From positions 582 to 64,581 of the forward strand of contig CALIUY010000009.1 in assembly GCA_938048455.1 (NCBI GenBank): DNA of 64,000 bases, in the 5' to 3' direction. A program made the position numbers and the translations under genes. The notes under the pieces were generated by a model, which saw nothing but the letters and a program-made list of their open reading frames with translations, made no database searches and had not been told where the DNA came from. The stretch is from an uncultured Desulfobacterales bacterium. Its GTDB lineage: Bacteria > Desulfobacterota > Desulfobacteria > Desulfobacterales > SpSt-501. Shown piece by piece: positions 1-8,749 of this stretch. Each line of letters starts with the position of its first letter. Within the stretch, counting starts at the first letter, position 1.

Positions 1-1779
1 GCCCTGCTCGCCGCCGCACGCCACAGCGGCACGCAAGAGCGGGAGCTGCCCGCGGAGGTCGACGTCTCCGGGGAGCCGCCGCGGATCGGCGTCTTCGTCT
101 GCAACTGCGGCATCAACATCGGGGGGATCGCCGACGTTCCGGCGGTGCGGGATTTCGCCGCGCGGCTCCCCGATGTGGTGCACGTCGAAGACAACCTCTT
201 CACCTGCAGCCAGGACACCCAGGAGCGGATGAAGCAGGTGATCCGCGAAAAACGGATCAACCGCGTGGTCGTCGCCTCCTGCTCCCCGCGCACCCACGAG
301 CCGCTCTTCCAGGAAACCCTGCGCGACACGGGACTCAACCCCTTTCTCTTCGAAATGGCGAACATCCGCGACCAGAACACGTGGGTGCACATGAACGATC
401 CGGAGCGGGCGACGGCCAAGGCCAAGGATCTCGTGCGCATGGCCGTCGCCAAGGCCCGGTGGCTGGAGCCGCTGCAACCGGTCGAGATCCCCGTCCGAAA
501 GGCGGCGCTCGTCGTGGGGGGCGGCATCGCCGGCCTGGAGGCCGCCCGGGGGCTTTCGCGCCAGGGCATCCCCGTGATGTTGGTGGAGCAGGAAGCCGAG
601 CTCGGCGGAAACGCGCGGCGGCTGCAGGCCACCTGGCAGGGGGAGCCCGTCGCCGCCTACCTGCAGCAGTTGATCCGCGAAGTGGAATCCGATCCCCGGA
701 TCCGCATCCGCCGCCGCAGCCGCATCCTGCGCACCGGCGGGTCGGTCGGCCATTTCACGACCGTCGTGGGTCCCCGGAGCGGAGACGGCGAAGAAGAAAC
801 ATTTCAACACGGCGTCACCCTTCTTGCCGTCGGCGGTCGGGAATACCGCCCCCGGGAATTCGGCTACGGCGAGAGCCCGCACGTCCTGACGCAACTCGAA
901 TTCGACGAAGCGCGCGCCGCCGGCGATCCGCGCCTCGCCGCCGTCGCCTGCGCCGTCTTCATCCAATGCGTCGGCTCCCGCACGCCCGAGCGTCCTTCCT
1001 GCAGCCGGGTCTGCTGCACCCACAGCCTGAAAACCGCGATCGCCCTCATGCGGGAAAACCCGCAGCGCAGCCTCTTCGTGCTCTACCGGGATCTGCGCGC
1101 CTACGGCTTCCGGGAGGTCCTCTACGAGGAGGCCCGCCGCCTCGGCGTGCACTTCGTGCGCTACGATCCGTCCGATCCGCCGCAGGTCCAGACCGAGACC
1201 GACGGCCGGCTTACGGTCACGGTGCGCGAACCCGTGCTCAACCGCACACTGCAGCTGCAGCCGGATGTCGCCGTGCTGGCGGCGGCGATTCTGCCCCAGG
1301 AAAACCGTGCGCTCTTCGAGCTGTTCAAGGTTCCGGTCAACAGCGAAGGTTTCCTCGTCGAGGCCCACGCCAAGCTGCGGCCGGTCGACTTCGCCTCGGA
1401 GGGGATCTTCGTCGCCGGTTTGGCCCATTCCCCCAAACCCATCGAGGAGACGATCGTCCAGGCCCAGGCGGCGGTTTCCCGGGCCATGACGCTTTTGTCC
1501 CGCAATGTGATCCGGGTCGGAGGCGCCGTGGCCGAGGTGGACGGCTCCCGCTGCGCCGTCTGCCTGACTTGCGTGCGGGCCTGCCCTTACGGGGTGCCCC
1601 GCATCGCGACCGAGAAGGGCCACGCGGTCATCCATCCCGCCGCATGCCACGGCTGCGGCATTTGCGTCTCCGAATGCCCGGGCAAAGCGATCACGCTCCG
1701 GCATCATACCGATCGGCAGATCCTGGCCAAGACCGCCGCCTGCTTCGCGGCGGCCGCGGTGGAGGGAGGACGCCCATGA
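1..1779 (+). CDS. hdrA: HdrA-like FAD/FeS flavoprotein (heterodisulfide reductase subunit A family), 5' end cut by the window edge
   Basis: Frame +1 is open from nt 1, so the ORF-track Met at 145 is internal. Translation contains GEPPRIGVFVCNCGINIGG (HdrA N-terminal Cys cluster), VVGGGIAGLEAA (FAD GxGxxG), CSRVCC and two C-terminal CxxCxxCxxxCP ferredoxin motifs. Roughly half the residues are identical by eye to residues ~450-1013 of the 3392..6433 product. Confidence 0.85.
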   Translation, partial: ALLAAARHSGTQERELPAEVDVSGEPPRIGVFVCNCGINIGGIADVPAVRDFAARLPDVVHVEDNLFTCSQDTQERMKQVIREKRINRVVVASCSPRTHEPLFQETLRDTGLNPFLFEMANIRDQNTWVHMNDPERATAKAKDLVRMAVAKARWLEPLQPVEIPVRKAALVVGGGIAGLEAARGLSRQGIPVMLVEQEAELGGNARRLQATWQGEPVAAYLQQLIREVESDPRIRIRRRSRILRTGGSVGHFTTVVGPRSGDGEEETFQHGVTLLAVGGREYRPREFGYGESPHVLTQLEFDEARAAGDPRLAAVACAVFIQCVGSRTPERPSCSRVCCTHSLKTAIALMRENPQRSLFVLYRDLRAYGFREVLYEEARRLGVHFVRYDPSDPPQVQTETDGRLTVTVREPVLNRTLQLQPDVAVLAAAILPQENRALFELFKVPVNSEGFLVEAHAKLRPVDFASEGIFVAGLAHSPKPIEETIVQAQAAVSRAMTLLSRNVIRVGGAVAEVDGSRCAVCLTCVRACPYGVPRIATEKGHAVIHPAACHGCGICVSECPGKAITLRHHTDRQILAKTAACFAAAAVEGGRP

Positions 1780-2228
1780 CCGATGCCTTTGAGCCCCGCA
1801 TTCTCGCCTACTGCTGCCGTTACTGCGCGTACGCCGCGGCCGATCTCGCCGGTTCGATGCGTCTGGCCTATCCTCCGAACGTGCGCATCGTCCAGGTCCC
1901 CTGCACCGGGCGGATCGACGCTTTGTTTCTGCTCCGGGCGATCGAGGCGGGCGCCGACGGCGTCTACGTCGCCGGCTGCCTCGAGGGCGAATGCCATTTC
2001 CTCGAGGGAAACCTCCGCGCCCGCAAGCGGGTGGATTTCGTGAAGGGGGTTCTCGGAGAAATCGGCCTCGAGCCGGAACGCGTGGAGATGTTCAACCTCT
2101 CCTCGGCGATGGGACCCCGCTTCGCCGAGATCGCCCGCGACATGACCGAGCGCATCCGGCGCCTCGGGCCCAGCCCGCTGCGCACGGATGACGCCTCGGG
2201 GGAAACCGCCCTCGGGAGGTGTGCATGA
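1776..2228 (+). CDS. mvhD: MvhD/FlpD-like [2Fe-2S] protein (methyl-viologen-reducing hydrogenase delta subunit family)
   Basis: ATG at 1776 overlaps the hdrA stop (ATGA). Motifs ILAYCCRYCAYAAADLAG, VPCTGR and GCLEGECHF are present. The 615-aa ORF-track entry 381..2228 is real only from this Met onward. Confidence 0.85.
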   Translation: MTDAFEPRILAYCCRYCAYAAADLAGSMRLAYPPNVRIVQVPCTGRIDALFLLRAIEAGADGVYVAGCLEGECHFLEGNLRARKRVDFVKGVLGEIGLEPERVEMFNLSSAMGPRFAEIARDMTERIRRLGPSPLRTDDASGETALGRCA

Positions 2229-2899
2229 TCGTCGCCGACCGCAAACCCCTGGCCGAAATCCTCTCCTTCGTCGCCTCCTGCCGGCGCATCCTGATCGTCG
2301 GCTGCAAGGGTTGCGTCACCGTCTGTAACGTCGGGGGCCAGAAAGAAGTGGAAATCCTCGCCGCCTCGCTGCGCATGGCCCGCCGGCTGGCGGGGGATCC
2401 CCTGGAGATCGGGGAAGCCCTCCTCGAGCGGCAGTGCGACCCGGAATACGTCGCCGAATTGCGCGAGCGGGTCTCCTCCTGCGATACGGTGGTGTCGATG
2501 GCTTGCGGCGTAGGACCCCAGTTCCTGGCCGAGGCCTTCCCCGAGCAGCGCGTCGTTCCGGCGCTGAACACGACCTTTTTCGGCGGCGCCGTGCGGCACG
2601 GGGTCTGGGAGGAGCGTTGCGCCGGTTGCGGCCACTGCGTGCTCGAGCGATTCGACGGCCTCTGCCCGATCGCCCGCTGCTCCAAAAACCTCTTGAACGG
2701 CCCCTGCGGCGGCAGCGCGAACGGCGTCTGCGAGGTGCACCCGGACACCGTCTGCATCTGGGACCGCATCGTGCGCCGCAAGACGGCGCGCGGACGGCTG
2801 GCCGACCTGAAGGCGATCGTTCCCCCCAAAGATTGGAGACCCGCAGGTCACGGCGGCCCGCGCCGCCGCGTCCGCGAGGATCTGACCCGTACCTCGTGA
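2225..2899 (+). CDS. metV: MetV-like protein (methylene-THF reductase C-terminal-domain family, Cys-rich)
   Basis: ATG at 2225 overlaps the mvhD stop (ATGA), with GGGAGG 5 nt upstream. Motifs LIVGCKGCVTVC, CAGCGHCVL and CPIARCSKNLLNGPCGG are typical of MTHFR_C/MetV. Confidence 0.75.
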   Translation: MIVADRKPLAEILSFVASCRRILIVGCKGCVTVCNVGGQKEVEILAASLRMARRLAGDPLEIGEALLERQCDPEYVAELRERVSSCDTVVSMACGVGPQFLAEAFPEQRVVPALNTTFFGGAVRHGVWEERCAGCGHCVLERFDGLCPIARCSKNLLNGPCGGSANGVCEVHPDTVCIWDRIVRRKTARGRLADLKAIVPPKDWRPAGHGGPRRRVREDLTRTS

Positions 2900-2911
2900 A
2901 GGAGAAAGATC

Positions 2912-3379
2912 ATGACCGAGTGGACCCCGAAAATCATCGCCTTCTTCTGCAACTGGTGCACCTACGGCGCGGCGGACCTGGCCGGGGTGAGCCGGCTGCA
3001 GTATCCTCCCCACATCCGCGTCATCCGCGTCCCCTGCAGCGGGCGGATCAGCCCCAAGTTCATCCTCGCCGCCTTCCGCAACGGCGTGGACGGTGTGTGG
3101 GTCTCGGGTTGCCATCCCGGGGACTGCCATTACATCGAGGGCAATTTCTACGCCCGGCGCAAATTCGCGCTGCTGAAAAATCTCCTGGAATACTCGGGAC
3201 TGGAACCGGGCCGGCTGCACTTTTCCTGGATTTCCTCGGCCGAAGCGACGAAATTCGTCGAGGTCGCCCGCGACGTCGTTTCCGCGGTCGCGGCTCTGGG
3301 GCCGGCGCGTTTTTGGAAGAAGCTGGGGGAATTTCCGTCGGAGGAAGCGATCTCGTCCCCCTGCACCCTCTGCCGCTGA
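2912..3379 (+). CDS. mvhD: MvhD/FlpD-like protein, second copy
   Basis: Motifs IIAFFCNWCTYGAADLAG, VPCSGR and GCHPGDCHY are present. It is a paralog of the 1776..2228 product. Confidence 0.85.
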   Translation: MTEWTPKIIAFFCNWCTYGAADLAGVSRLQYPPHIRVIRVPCSGRISPKFILAAFRNGVDGVWVSGCHPGDCHYIEGNFYARRKFALLKNLLEYSGLEPGRLHFSWISSAEATKFVEVARDVVSAVAALGPARFWKKLGEFPSEEAISSPCTLCR

Positions 3380-3391
3380 AAGGAGCTGTCC

Positions 3392-6300
3392 ATGAACCGC
3401 GCATCCCTTACCGGCGCCGTCGTCGTCAGCGGCGGCGGCATCGCCGGCATTCAGGCCTCCCTCGACCTCGCCTACGCCGGCTACAAGGTCTATCTCGTCG
3501 AGCGTTCGCCGGCGATCGGCGGGGTGATGGCCCAGCTCGACAAGACCTTCCCCACCAACGACTGCGCCATGTGCATCATGAGTCCCAAACTCGTCGAGGT
3601 GGGCCGGCATCCGGACATCGAAATCCTCACCCTCTCCGAAATCCGCGGCATCGAGGGGGAGCCCGGCAGCTTCCGGGTCACCGTGGAGCAGAAGCCGCGC
3701 TACATCGACCTGGAGAAATGCATCGCCTGCGGCCGGTGCGCGGGAAAATGCCCCAAAAAGGTGGTCGACCGCTTCAACCGGGGGCTCTCGCAGCGCCGCG
3801 CCGCCTACGTCCTCTATCCCCAGGCCGTTCCGCTGAAATACCTGATCGACGAAGCCGAATGCATCTACCTGCAGAAGAAGAAATGCGGCGCCTGCGCCAA
3901 GATCTGCCCGGCGGGGGCGGTGAACTTCGAGGACCGGGCCCGCCAACTCACGCTCGAGGCCGGGGCGGTCATTTTTTCCTCCGGCTTCGAGCCTTTCGAC
4001 CCTTCGGCGATCGACACCCTGGGCTACGGCCGCATCCCCGATGTTCTCACCTCCCTGGAATTCGAACGCATTCTCTCCGCCTCCGGCCCCACCCGCGGCC
4101 ACCTGAAGCGGCCCTCGGACGGCGCCGAGCCGCGGAAAATCGCCTGGCTGCAGTGCATCGGCTCCCGGGACATCAACCGCAGCGAAAACTTCCACTGCTC
4201 CTCGGTCTGCTGCATGTACGCGATCAAGCAGGCGATCATCGCCAAGGAGCACGCCGATCCGCCCCTCGAGGGGGCGATTTTCTACATGGACATGCGCACC
4301 CACGGCAAAGGCTTCGAGGATTGCTACAACCAGGCGCGTGAAAAGCACGGCATCCGCTTCGTGCGCTCCCGCGTCCACACGGTCGACCCGAGCCCCTCCG
4401 GCGGCGGGGCGATCCTGCGCTACGTCGGGGAAGACGGTCTGCCCAGCCGGGAAGAATTCGACCTGGTGGTCCTTTCGATCGGCCTGCAAAGCGAACGGCC
4501 GCTGCGGGAGCGGCTGCAGGAACTGGGAATCGCCCTGACCGAGGGCCGGTTCGTGCGCACCGACACCTTCGATCCCACCGCGACCACCCGCAAGGGGATC
4601 TACGTCTGCGGGGCGCTTTCCGGACCGAAGGACATTCCGCAGTCGGTCATCGAGGCCGAGGGCGCCGCTCTGCGGGCGGGGGCGGACCTCGCGCCCGCCC
4701 GCCATCGGCTGACCTCCCGCCCCCCCGTGACCGCCGAGCGGGATCTCCGCGGGGAGCCCCCCCGGGTCGGCGTCTTCGTCTGCCATTGCGGCATCAACAT
4801 CAACGGCGTCGTCGACGTGCCGGCCGTGCGGGACTATGCGCGGAGTCTGCCTTACGTGACCTATGTCACCGACAACCTCTACTCCTGCTCTCAGGACACC
4901 CAGAACCTCATTCGGGCGAAGATCGAAGAGGAAGGCCTCAACCGCGTCGTCATCGCCGCCTGCTCCCCCAAAACCCACGAGCCCCTGTTCCAGAAAACCC
5001 TCGCCGATGCGGGAGTCAACAAATATCTGCTGGAGTTCGTGAACATCCGCAACCAAGACTCTTGGGTGCACATGGAGGATCCGCCCGCCGCCACCGCCAA
5101 GGCCAAGGAGCTGCTGCGCATGGCCGTTTCCAAGGCCGTCCTGCTCAGCCCGCTCGCCGAGGAGGAAATCCAGATCCTGCCCCGAGCCCTCGTCGTGGGC
5201 GGGGGGATCGCCGGGATGGCGGCGGCGAAAGCGCTTTCCTCCCAAGGCTATCCCGTGGAGATCGTGGAACGCGAAGCCGAGCTCGGCGGCCAGGCCCGTT
5301 TCCTTCACCGGACCGCCCGGGGCGAGGAGATCTCCTCCCGGCTCGCCGATCTGATCCGCGAGGTGGAAACCGACCCTCGGATCACGGTGCATCGCCACGC
5401 GGAGCTCATCCAGGTCGAGGGGTTTGTCGGCAATTTCCGCTCGACGATCCGACAGGGGACGGAAACGAAGACCGTCGAGCACGGCGTGACCTTCCTGGCG
5501 ACCGGCGCCCGCGAGCACCGGCCCGAGGAGTACCTCTACGGCGAGGATCCGCGCGTGATCACCGGCCTGGAACTCGACCGCCGGCTTCGACGGAAGGACC
5601 CCCGGCTTGGGGAACTGCAGCGGGCGGTTTTCATTCAATGCGTAGGTTCCCGCGAGCCGAGCCGTCCCTACTGCTCGCGGGTCTGCTGCACGCACACCAT
5701 GATCTCCGCGCTCGAGCTGCTCGACCGCAATCCGCAAGCCCAGGTGGTCGTCCTCTACCGCGATATCCGCACCTACGGCGAGCGGGAAGGGCTTTACCTC
5801 GAAGCCCGGAAGCGGGGGGTGATCTTCATCCGCTACGACCTCGAGGACAAACCCCGGGTCCGCGCGACCCCTGCGGGGCTGGTGGTCGAGGCGCTCGATC
5901 CCATCCTCGGACGGCGCATCGCCTTGGGAACGGACCTGCTGGTTCTCGCCGCAGCGGTGGTCCCGCACGAAAGCACGGAACTCGCCCGCTTTTTCAAAGT
6001 GCCGGTCAACGCCGACGGCTTTTTCGTGGAAGCCCACGTGAAGCTGAACCCGGCCGCCTTCGCCACCGAAGGAGTCTTTCTCTGCGGGCTCGCCCACTAC
6101 CCCAAGCCGATCGACGAGTCCGTGGCCCAGGCCCAGGCGGCCGCCGCCGCGGCGACCGTCTTGCTCGCGCGCGGCAAGCTCACGGCGGTCGGCACCACGG
6201 CACGGGTGGAGCCCCTCTTTTGCTCTTCCTGCGGGGTCTGCCTCGCCGTTTGTCCCTACCAGGCGCCCCGCTTTTCGGAGAAAGGACCGTTCGCCGGCCG

Positions 6301-6433
6301 GGCCGAGATCAATACCGCCCTCTGCAAGGGCTGCGGCTTGTGCGTCGCCTCCTGCCGCTCGGGGGCGATTCAGCTTCAGGGCTTCACCGATGCCCAGACG
6401 ATCGCCATGATCGAGGCGGCGGTCAGCGGCTGA
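3392..6433 (+). CDS. hdrA: Large HdrA-like flavoprotein with two FAD/TrxR-like modules (1013 aa)
   Basis: The N-half has VVSGGGIAGIQASLDLA, TNDCAMC and an inserted ferredoxin (CIACGRCAGKCP, CGACAKICP). The C-half restarts with PRVGVFVCHCGININ, followed by VVGGGIAGMAAA, CSRVCC and a C-terminal 2x[4Fe-4S] domain. AAAGGAG lies upstream of the ATG. Confidence 0.9.
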   Translation: MNRASLTGAVVVSGGGIAGIQASLDLAYAGYKVYLVERSPAIGGVMAQLDKTFPTNDCAMCIMSPKLVEVGRHPDIEILTLSEIRGIEGEPGSFRVTVEQKPRYIDLEKCIACGRCAGKCPKKVVDRFNRGLSQRRAAYVLYPQAVPLKYLIDEAECIYLQKKKCGACAKICPAGAVNFEDRARQLTLEAGAVIFSSGFEPFDPSAIDTLGYGRIPDVLTSLEFERILSASGPTRGHLKRPSDGAEPRKIAWLQCIGSRDINRSENFHCSSVCCMYAIKQAIIAKEHADPPLEGAIFYMDMRTHGKGFEDCYNQAREKHGIRFVRSRVHTVDPSPSGGGAILRYVGEDGLPSREEFDLVVLSIGLQSERPLRERLQELGIALTEGRFVRTDTFDPTATTRKGIYVCGALSGPKDIPQSVIEAEGAALRAGADLAPARHRLTSRPPVTAERDLRGEPPRVGVFVCHCGININGVVDVPAVRDYARSLPYVTYVTDNLYSCSQDTQNLIRAKIEEEGLNRVVIAACSPKTHEPLFQKTLADAGVNKYLLEFVNIRNQDSWVHMEDPPAATAKAKELLRMAVSKAVLLSPLAEEEIQILPRALVVGGGIAGMAAAKALSSQGYPVEIVEREAELGGQARFLHRTARGEEISSRLADLIREVETDPRITVHRHAELIQVEGFVGNFRSTIRQGTETKTVEHGVTFLATGAREHRPEEYLYGEDPRVITGLELDRRLRRKDPRLGELQRAVFIQCVGSREPSRPYCSRVCCTHTMISALELLDRNPQAQVVVLYRDIRTYGEREGLYLEARKRGVIFIRYDLEDKPRVRATPAGLVVEALDPILGRRIALGTDLLVLAAAVVPHESTELARFFKVPVNADGFFVEAHVKLNPAAFATEGVFLCGLAHYPKPIDESVAQAQAAAAAATVLLARGKLTAVGTTARVEPLFCSSCGVCLAVCPYQAPRFSEKGPFAGRAEINTALCKGCGLCVASCRSGAIQLQGFTDAQTIAMIEAAVSG

Positions 6434-6491
6434 GGGCGGCCGGCCGGTGCGGCTCATGGCGGATGGCGCCCGCCAGCGGTCGTTGAAATCC

Positions 6492-6511
6492 GGCTTGCCA
6501 CGCGGCAAGCC
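6492..6511 (+). terminator. Perfect 8-bp hairpin GGCTTGCC-ACGC-GGCAAGCC, 58 nt after the hdrA stop
   Basis: Read directly from the sequence. A second hairpin, GGCGA-AAACG-TCGCC followed by TTTCT, lies at 6524..6543. Neither has a strong U-tract. Confidence 0.4.
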
Positions 6512-6656
6512 TTGAAGGTAAATGGCGAAAACGTCGCCTTTCTCGAAAAGAAACGACCCCCGGCCTGCCGCCGGATTTCGGGCCGACGGCCCGGGGGCCG
6601 GTTCCGAAACGGTTCCCCCCGGCTTTGGGGTAGAGGCGAAGGGGGCATCAAGCCGT

Positions 6657-7433
6657 TTGCGCTGCGCCGGCATCGACATCGGCTCGCGGGCGGTCAAGCT
6701 CGTCGTGCTCGAAGAGGGGCGGATTCTCGCCACCCGGATGACGGATTCCGGGCCTGACCCGCTCGCCGCGGCTCGTCGCCTGCTCGCCGGAATCGCCTGC
6801 GACCGCCTGCTGGCCACGGGGTACGGCCGCGGACGCCTCGAGGCCGTCTGCGAGGTGCCCACGGTGACCGAGATCAAGGCTCACGCCGCGGGCGCCCGTC
6901 ACCTGTTGCCCGAGGCGCGCACGGTCCTCGACATCGGCGGACAAGACAGCAAGGCGATCGCCCTCGGGCCGCAGGGGCGGGTCCTCTCCTTCGAGATGAA
7001 CGATCGCTGTGCGGCGGGAACCGGGAAATTTCTGGAGATCATGGCTCGGACGCTCGGCTTCGGGCTGGAGGAGTTCGCCGCCGAAGCGCTGCGCGCGGAA
7101 AAGGAACTCGTCATCCACAGCCTCTGCACCGTTTTCGCCGAATCCGAGGTCACCTCGCTCGTCGCCCGTGGGGAAGACCGTCGCAGCATCGCCTTGGGGC
7201 TCCACCGCGCCATCGCGCGCCGCACCGCGGGGATGGTGCAGCGCGTCTGCCGCGAGGGTCCGATCGCTTTCACCGGCGGTGCGGCCCGAAACGGCTGTCT
7301 CGTCCGGCTCTTGCAAGATTTGCTTCCGCAGCGCGTGCTGGTTCCCGAGGCCCCGGAACTCGTCGGGGCGCTCGGCGCCGCCTTGCTCTGCAGCCCGGGG
7401 GAAGCACCCTCCGCCGCGGAAACGACCGCCTGA
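6657..7433 (+). CDS. BcrAD/BadFG/HgdC-type ATPase (2-hydroxyacyl-CoA dehydratase / benzoyl-CoA reductase activase family)
   Basis: Motifs GIDIGSRAVKLVV, DIGGQDSK and MNDRCAAGTGKFLE are present. No ATG lies near the conserved N-terminus. TTG at 6657 with AAGGGGG about 12 nt upstream gives MRCAGIDIGS; the ORF-track ATG at 6522 would add an implausible 45-aa leader. Confidence 0.75.
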   Translation: MRCAGIDIGSRAVKLVVLEEGRILATRMTDSGPDPLAAARRLLAGIACDRLLATGYGRGRLEAVCEVPTVTEIKAHAAGARHLLPEARTVLDIGGQDSKAIALGPQGRVLSFEMNDRCAAGTGKFLEIMARTLGFGLEEFAAEALRAEKELVIHSLCTVFAESEVTSLVARGEDRRSIALGLHRAIARRTAGMVQRVCREGPIAFTGGAARNGCLVRLLQDLLPQRVLVPEAPELVGALGAALLCSPGEAPSAAETTA

Positions 7434-7503
7434 GGCGAAAGGTTCCGCCGAAACCTCCCGGGGGCCAAACGGGAAGCTCGCGGTCGTGGCTTTTCCCGCT
7501 TCC

Positions 7504-7564
7504 TGAATCGATTTTTTCGAAGAGCAAACATGGATCAATCGTTATTATCTATTTGATCGATTCA
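7504..7564. promoter_or_regulatory. 9-nt inverted repeat TGAATCGAT (7504-7512) / ATCGATTCA (7556-7564) in the AT-rich yedE upstream region
   Basis: Read directly from the sequence. The right arm overlaps the putative -35 box. Related ATCAATCG / ATCGA words lie between the two arms. Confidence 0.3.
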
Positions 7565-7581
7565 TGGAATCCCGATATATC
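7553..7581 (+). promoter_or_regulatory. Candidate sigma70-type promoter of the yedE-selD operon (TTGATC-17 nt-TATATC)
   Basis: Hexamers at 7553-7558 and 7576-7581 with a 17-nt spacer. They sit in the only AT-rich patch between the activase gene and yedE, about 60 nt upstream of ATG 7644. Confidence 0.4.
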
Positions 7582-7643
7582 TTCCGTACTTGTCGCCTCT
7601 CCTTCCGAGCAACTCCGAACGCGAACAGGGAGGATCCGAACCC

Positions 7644-8738
7644 ATGGCTGCGGTAAAAAACATCTTCGCGACCCGCTGGGGCATCATCGGGGTGGGCGTC
7701 GTCATCGGCGTGTTGGCCACCCTCCTGCAGAAATGGGGCAACCCCGCCAACATGGGCGTGTGTGTGGCCTGTTTCGACCGGGACATCGCCGGTGCGCTCG
7801 GTCTGCACCGCGCCGAAGTCGTGCAATACATGCGCCCGGAGATCATCGGCTTCGTGCTCGGATCGCTGATCGCGGCCTACGCCTTTCGGGAATTCCGGCC
7901 GCGGGCGGGGTCCGCTCCCGTCGTGCGCTTCGTTTTGGGCGCCTTCGCCATGATCGGCGCCCTCGTCTTCCTCGGCTGTCCCTGGCGCGCCCTGTTGCGT
8001 CTGGCGGGCGGCGACGGGAACGCCATTTTCGGGCTCGCCGGTCTCGCCTTCGGCGTCTGGATCGGAACGTGGTTTCTCAAGACGGGCTACAACCTGGGAC
8101 GGGCGACCCCGACCTACCCCGCCGTGGGTTGGATCTTGCCGTTGACCATGCTCGGCTTTCTCGCGCTCATGCTCGTCTTTCCCCAAATCCCCAACGAACC
8201 GAAAAGCGGGGTGCTTTTCTACAGCGTCAAGGGTCCGGGAAGCCAGCATGCGCCGCTCGCCGTCTCGCTCCTTGCCGGACTGGCGGTCGGGTTCCTCGCC
8301 CAGCGCAGCCGCTTCTGCACCATGGGGGCCATTCGCGACCTGATCCTCTTCCGGCAGATACATCTCTTTTCGGGGTTGCTTGCCCTGATCGTCACGGCCT
8401 GGGTCATGAACCTGATCCTCGGCCAGTTCAAGCCCGGCTTTGAAAACCAGCCCGTGGCGCACACGCAGGGGCTGTGGAATTTTCTCGGCATGACGGTCGC
8501 CGGGCTCGCCTTCGCGCTCGGCGGAGGATGTCCGGGGCGTCAGCTCTTTCTTGCCGGCGAAGGCGACGGGGACGCCGCGCTTTTCGTGCTCGGGATGATC
8601 GTCGGCGCCGGGTTCGCCCACAACTTCGGCATGGCGAGCTCGCCTTCGGGTATCGGCCCGCACGGAATCGCCGCCGTGGTGGTGGGGCTCGCCGTCTGCC
8701 TCTTCATCGGATTCAGCATGCGGCAGAAAGCCGCCTGA
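7644..8738 (+). CDS. yedE: YedE/YeeE-family membrane protein (putative selenium/sulfur-compound transporter)
   Basis: Multi-TM protein with the two conserved Cys motifs GVCVACF and SRFCTMGAIRD, plus GGGCPGRQ. ATG at 7644 is preceded by GGGAGGA; the ORF-track start at 7590 is a TTG. Confidence 0.8.
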   Translation: MAAVKNIFATRWGIIGVGVVIGVLATLLQKWGNPANMGVCVACFDRDIAGALGLHRAEVVQYMRPEIIGFVLGSLIAAYAFREFRPRAGSAPVVRFVLGAFAMIGALVFLGCPWRALLRLAGGDGNAIFGLAGLAFGVWIGTWFLKTGYNLGRATPTYPAVGWILPLTMLGFLALMLVFPQIPNEPKSGVLFYSVKGPGSQHAPLAVSLLAGLAVGFLAQRSRFCTMGAIRDLILFRQIHLFSGLLALIVTAWVMNLILGQFKPGFENQPVAHTQGLWNFLGMTVAGLAFALGGGCPGRQLFLAGEGDGDAALFVLGMIVGAGFAHNFGMASSPSGIGPHGIAAVVVGLAVCLFIGFSMRQKAA

Positions 8739-8749
8739 AGGAGGAGGTC

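Noticed and set aside
381-2228. ORF-track entries that look like large proteins: 381..2228, 2434..4341, 36996..40052, 43780..45489, 16006..17733, 13648..15621 and 10481..12343.
   Set aside because: Some are out-of-frame read-throughs of real genes. The others are genuine only from an internal start (mvhD 1776, ilvD 38358, parB 44587, ahbD 16636, ahbC 14407, yedF 11741). Their upstream parts are Arg/Pro-rich nonsense that overlaps other well-supported CDS.
1-6433. Possible selenocysteine codons in hdrA and mvhD, which are Sec-containing in some deltaproteobacteria.
   Set aside because: All four ORFs are uninterrupted, and the relevant positions read Cys (VFVCNCG, VFVCHCG, YCCRYC, FFCNWC). selD is the only in-frame UGA case I could support in this window.
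1964-6877. A 1637-aa minus-strand ORF, with similar very long antisense ORFs at 12539..14548, 30115..32142, 38232..40238, 45247..47736, 50146..51873 and 54342..55913.
   Set aside because: They lie antisense to genes with clear family motifs. Their translations are Arg/Gly/Pro/Ala-rich low-complexity strings with no recognisable motif. This is the expected stop-codon-poor antisense artefact of a very GC-rich genome.
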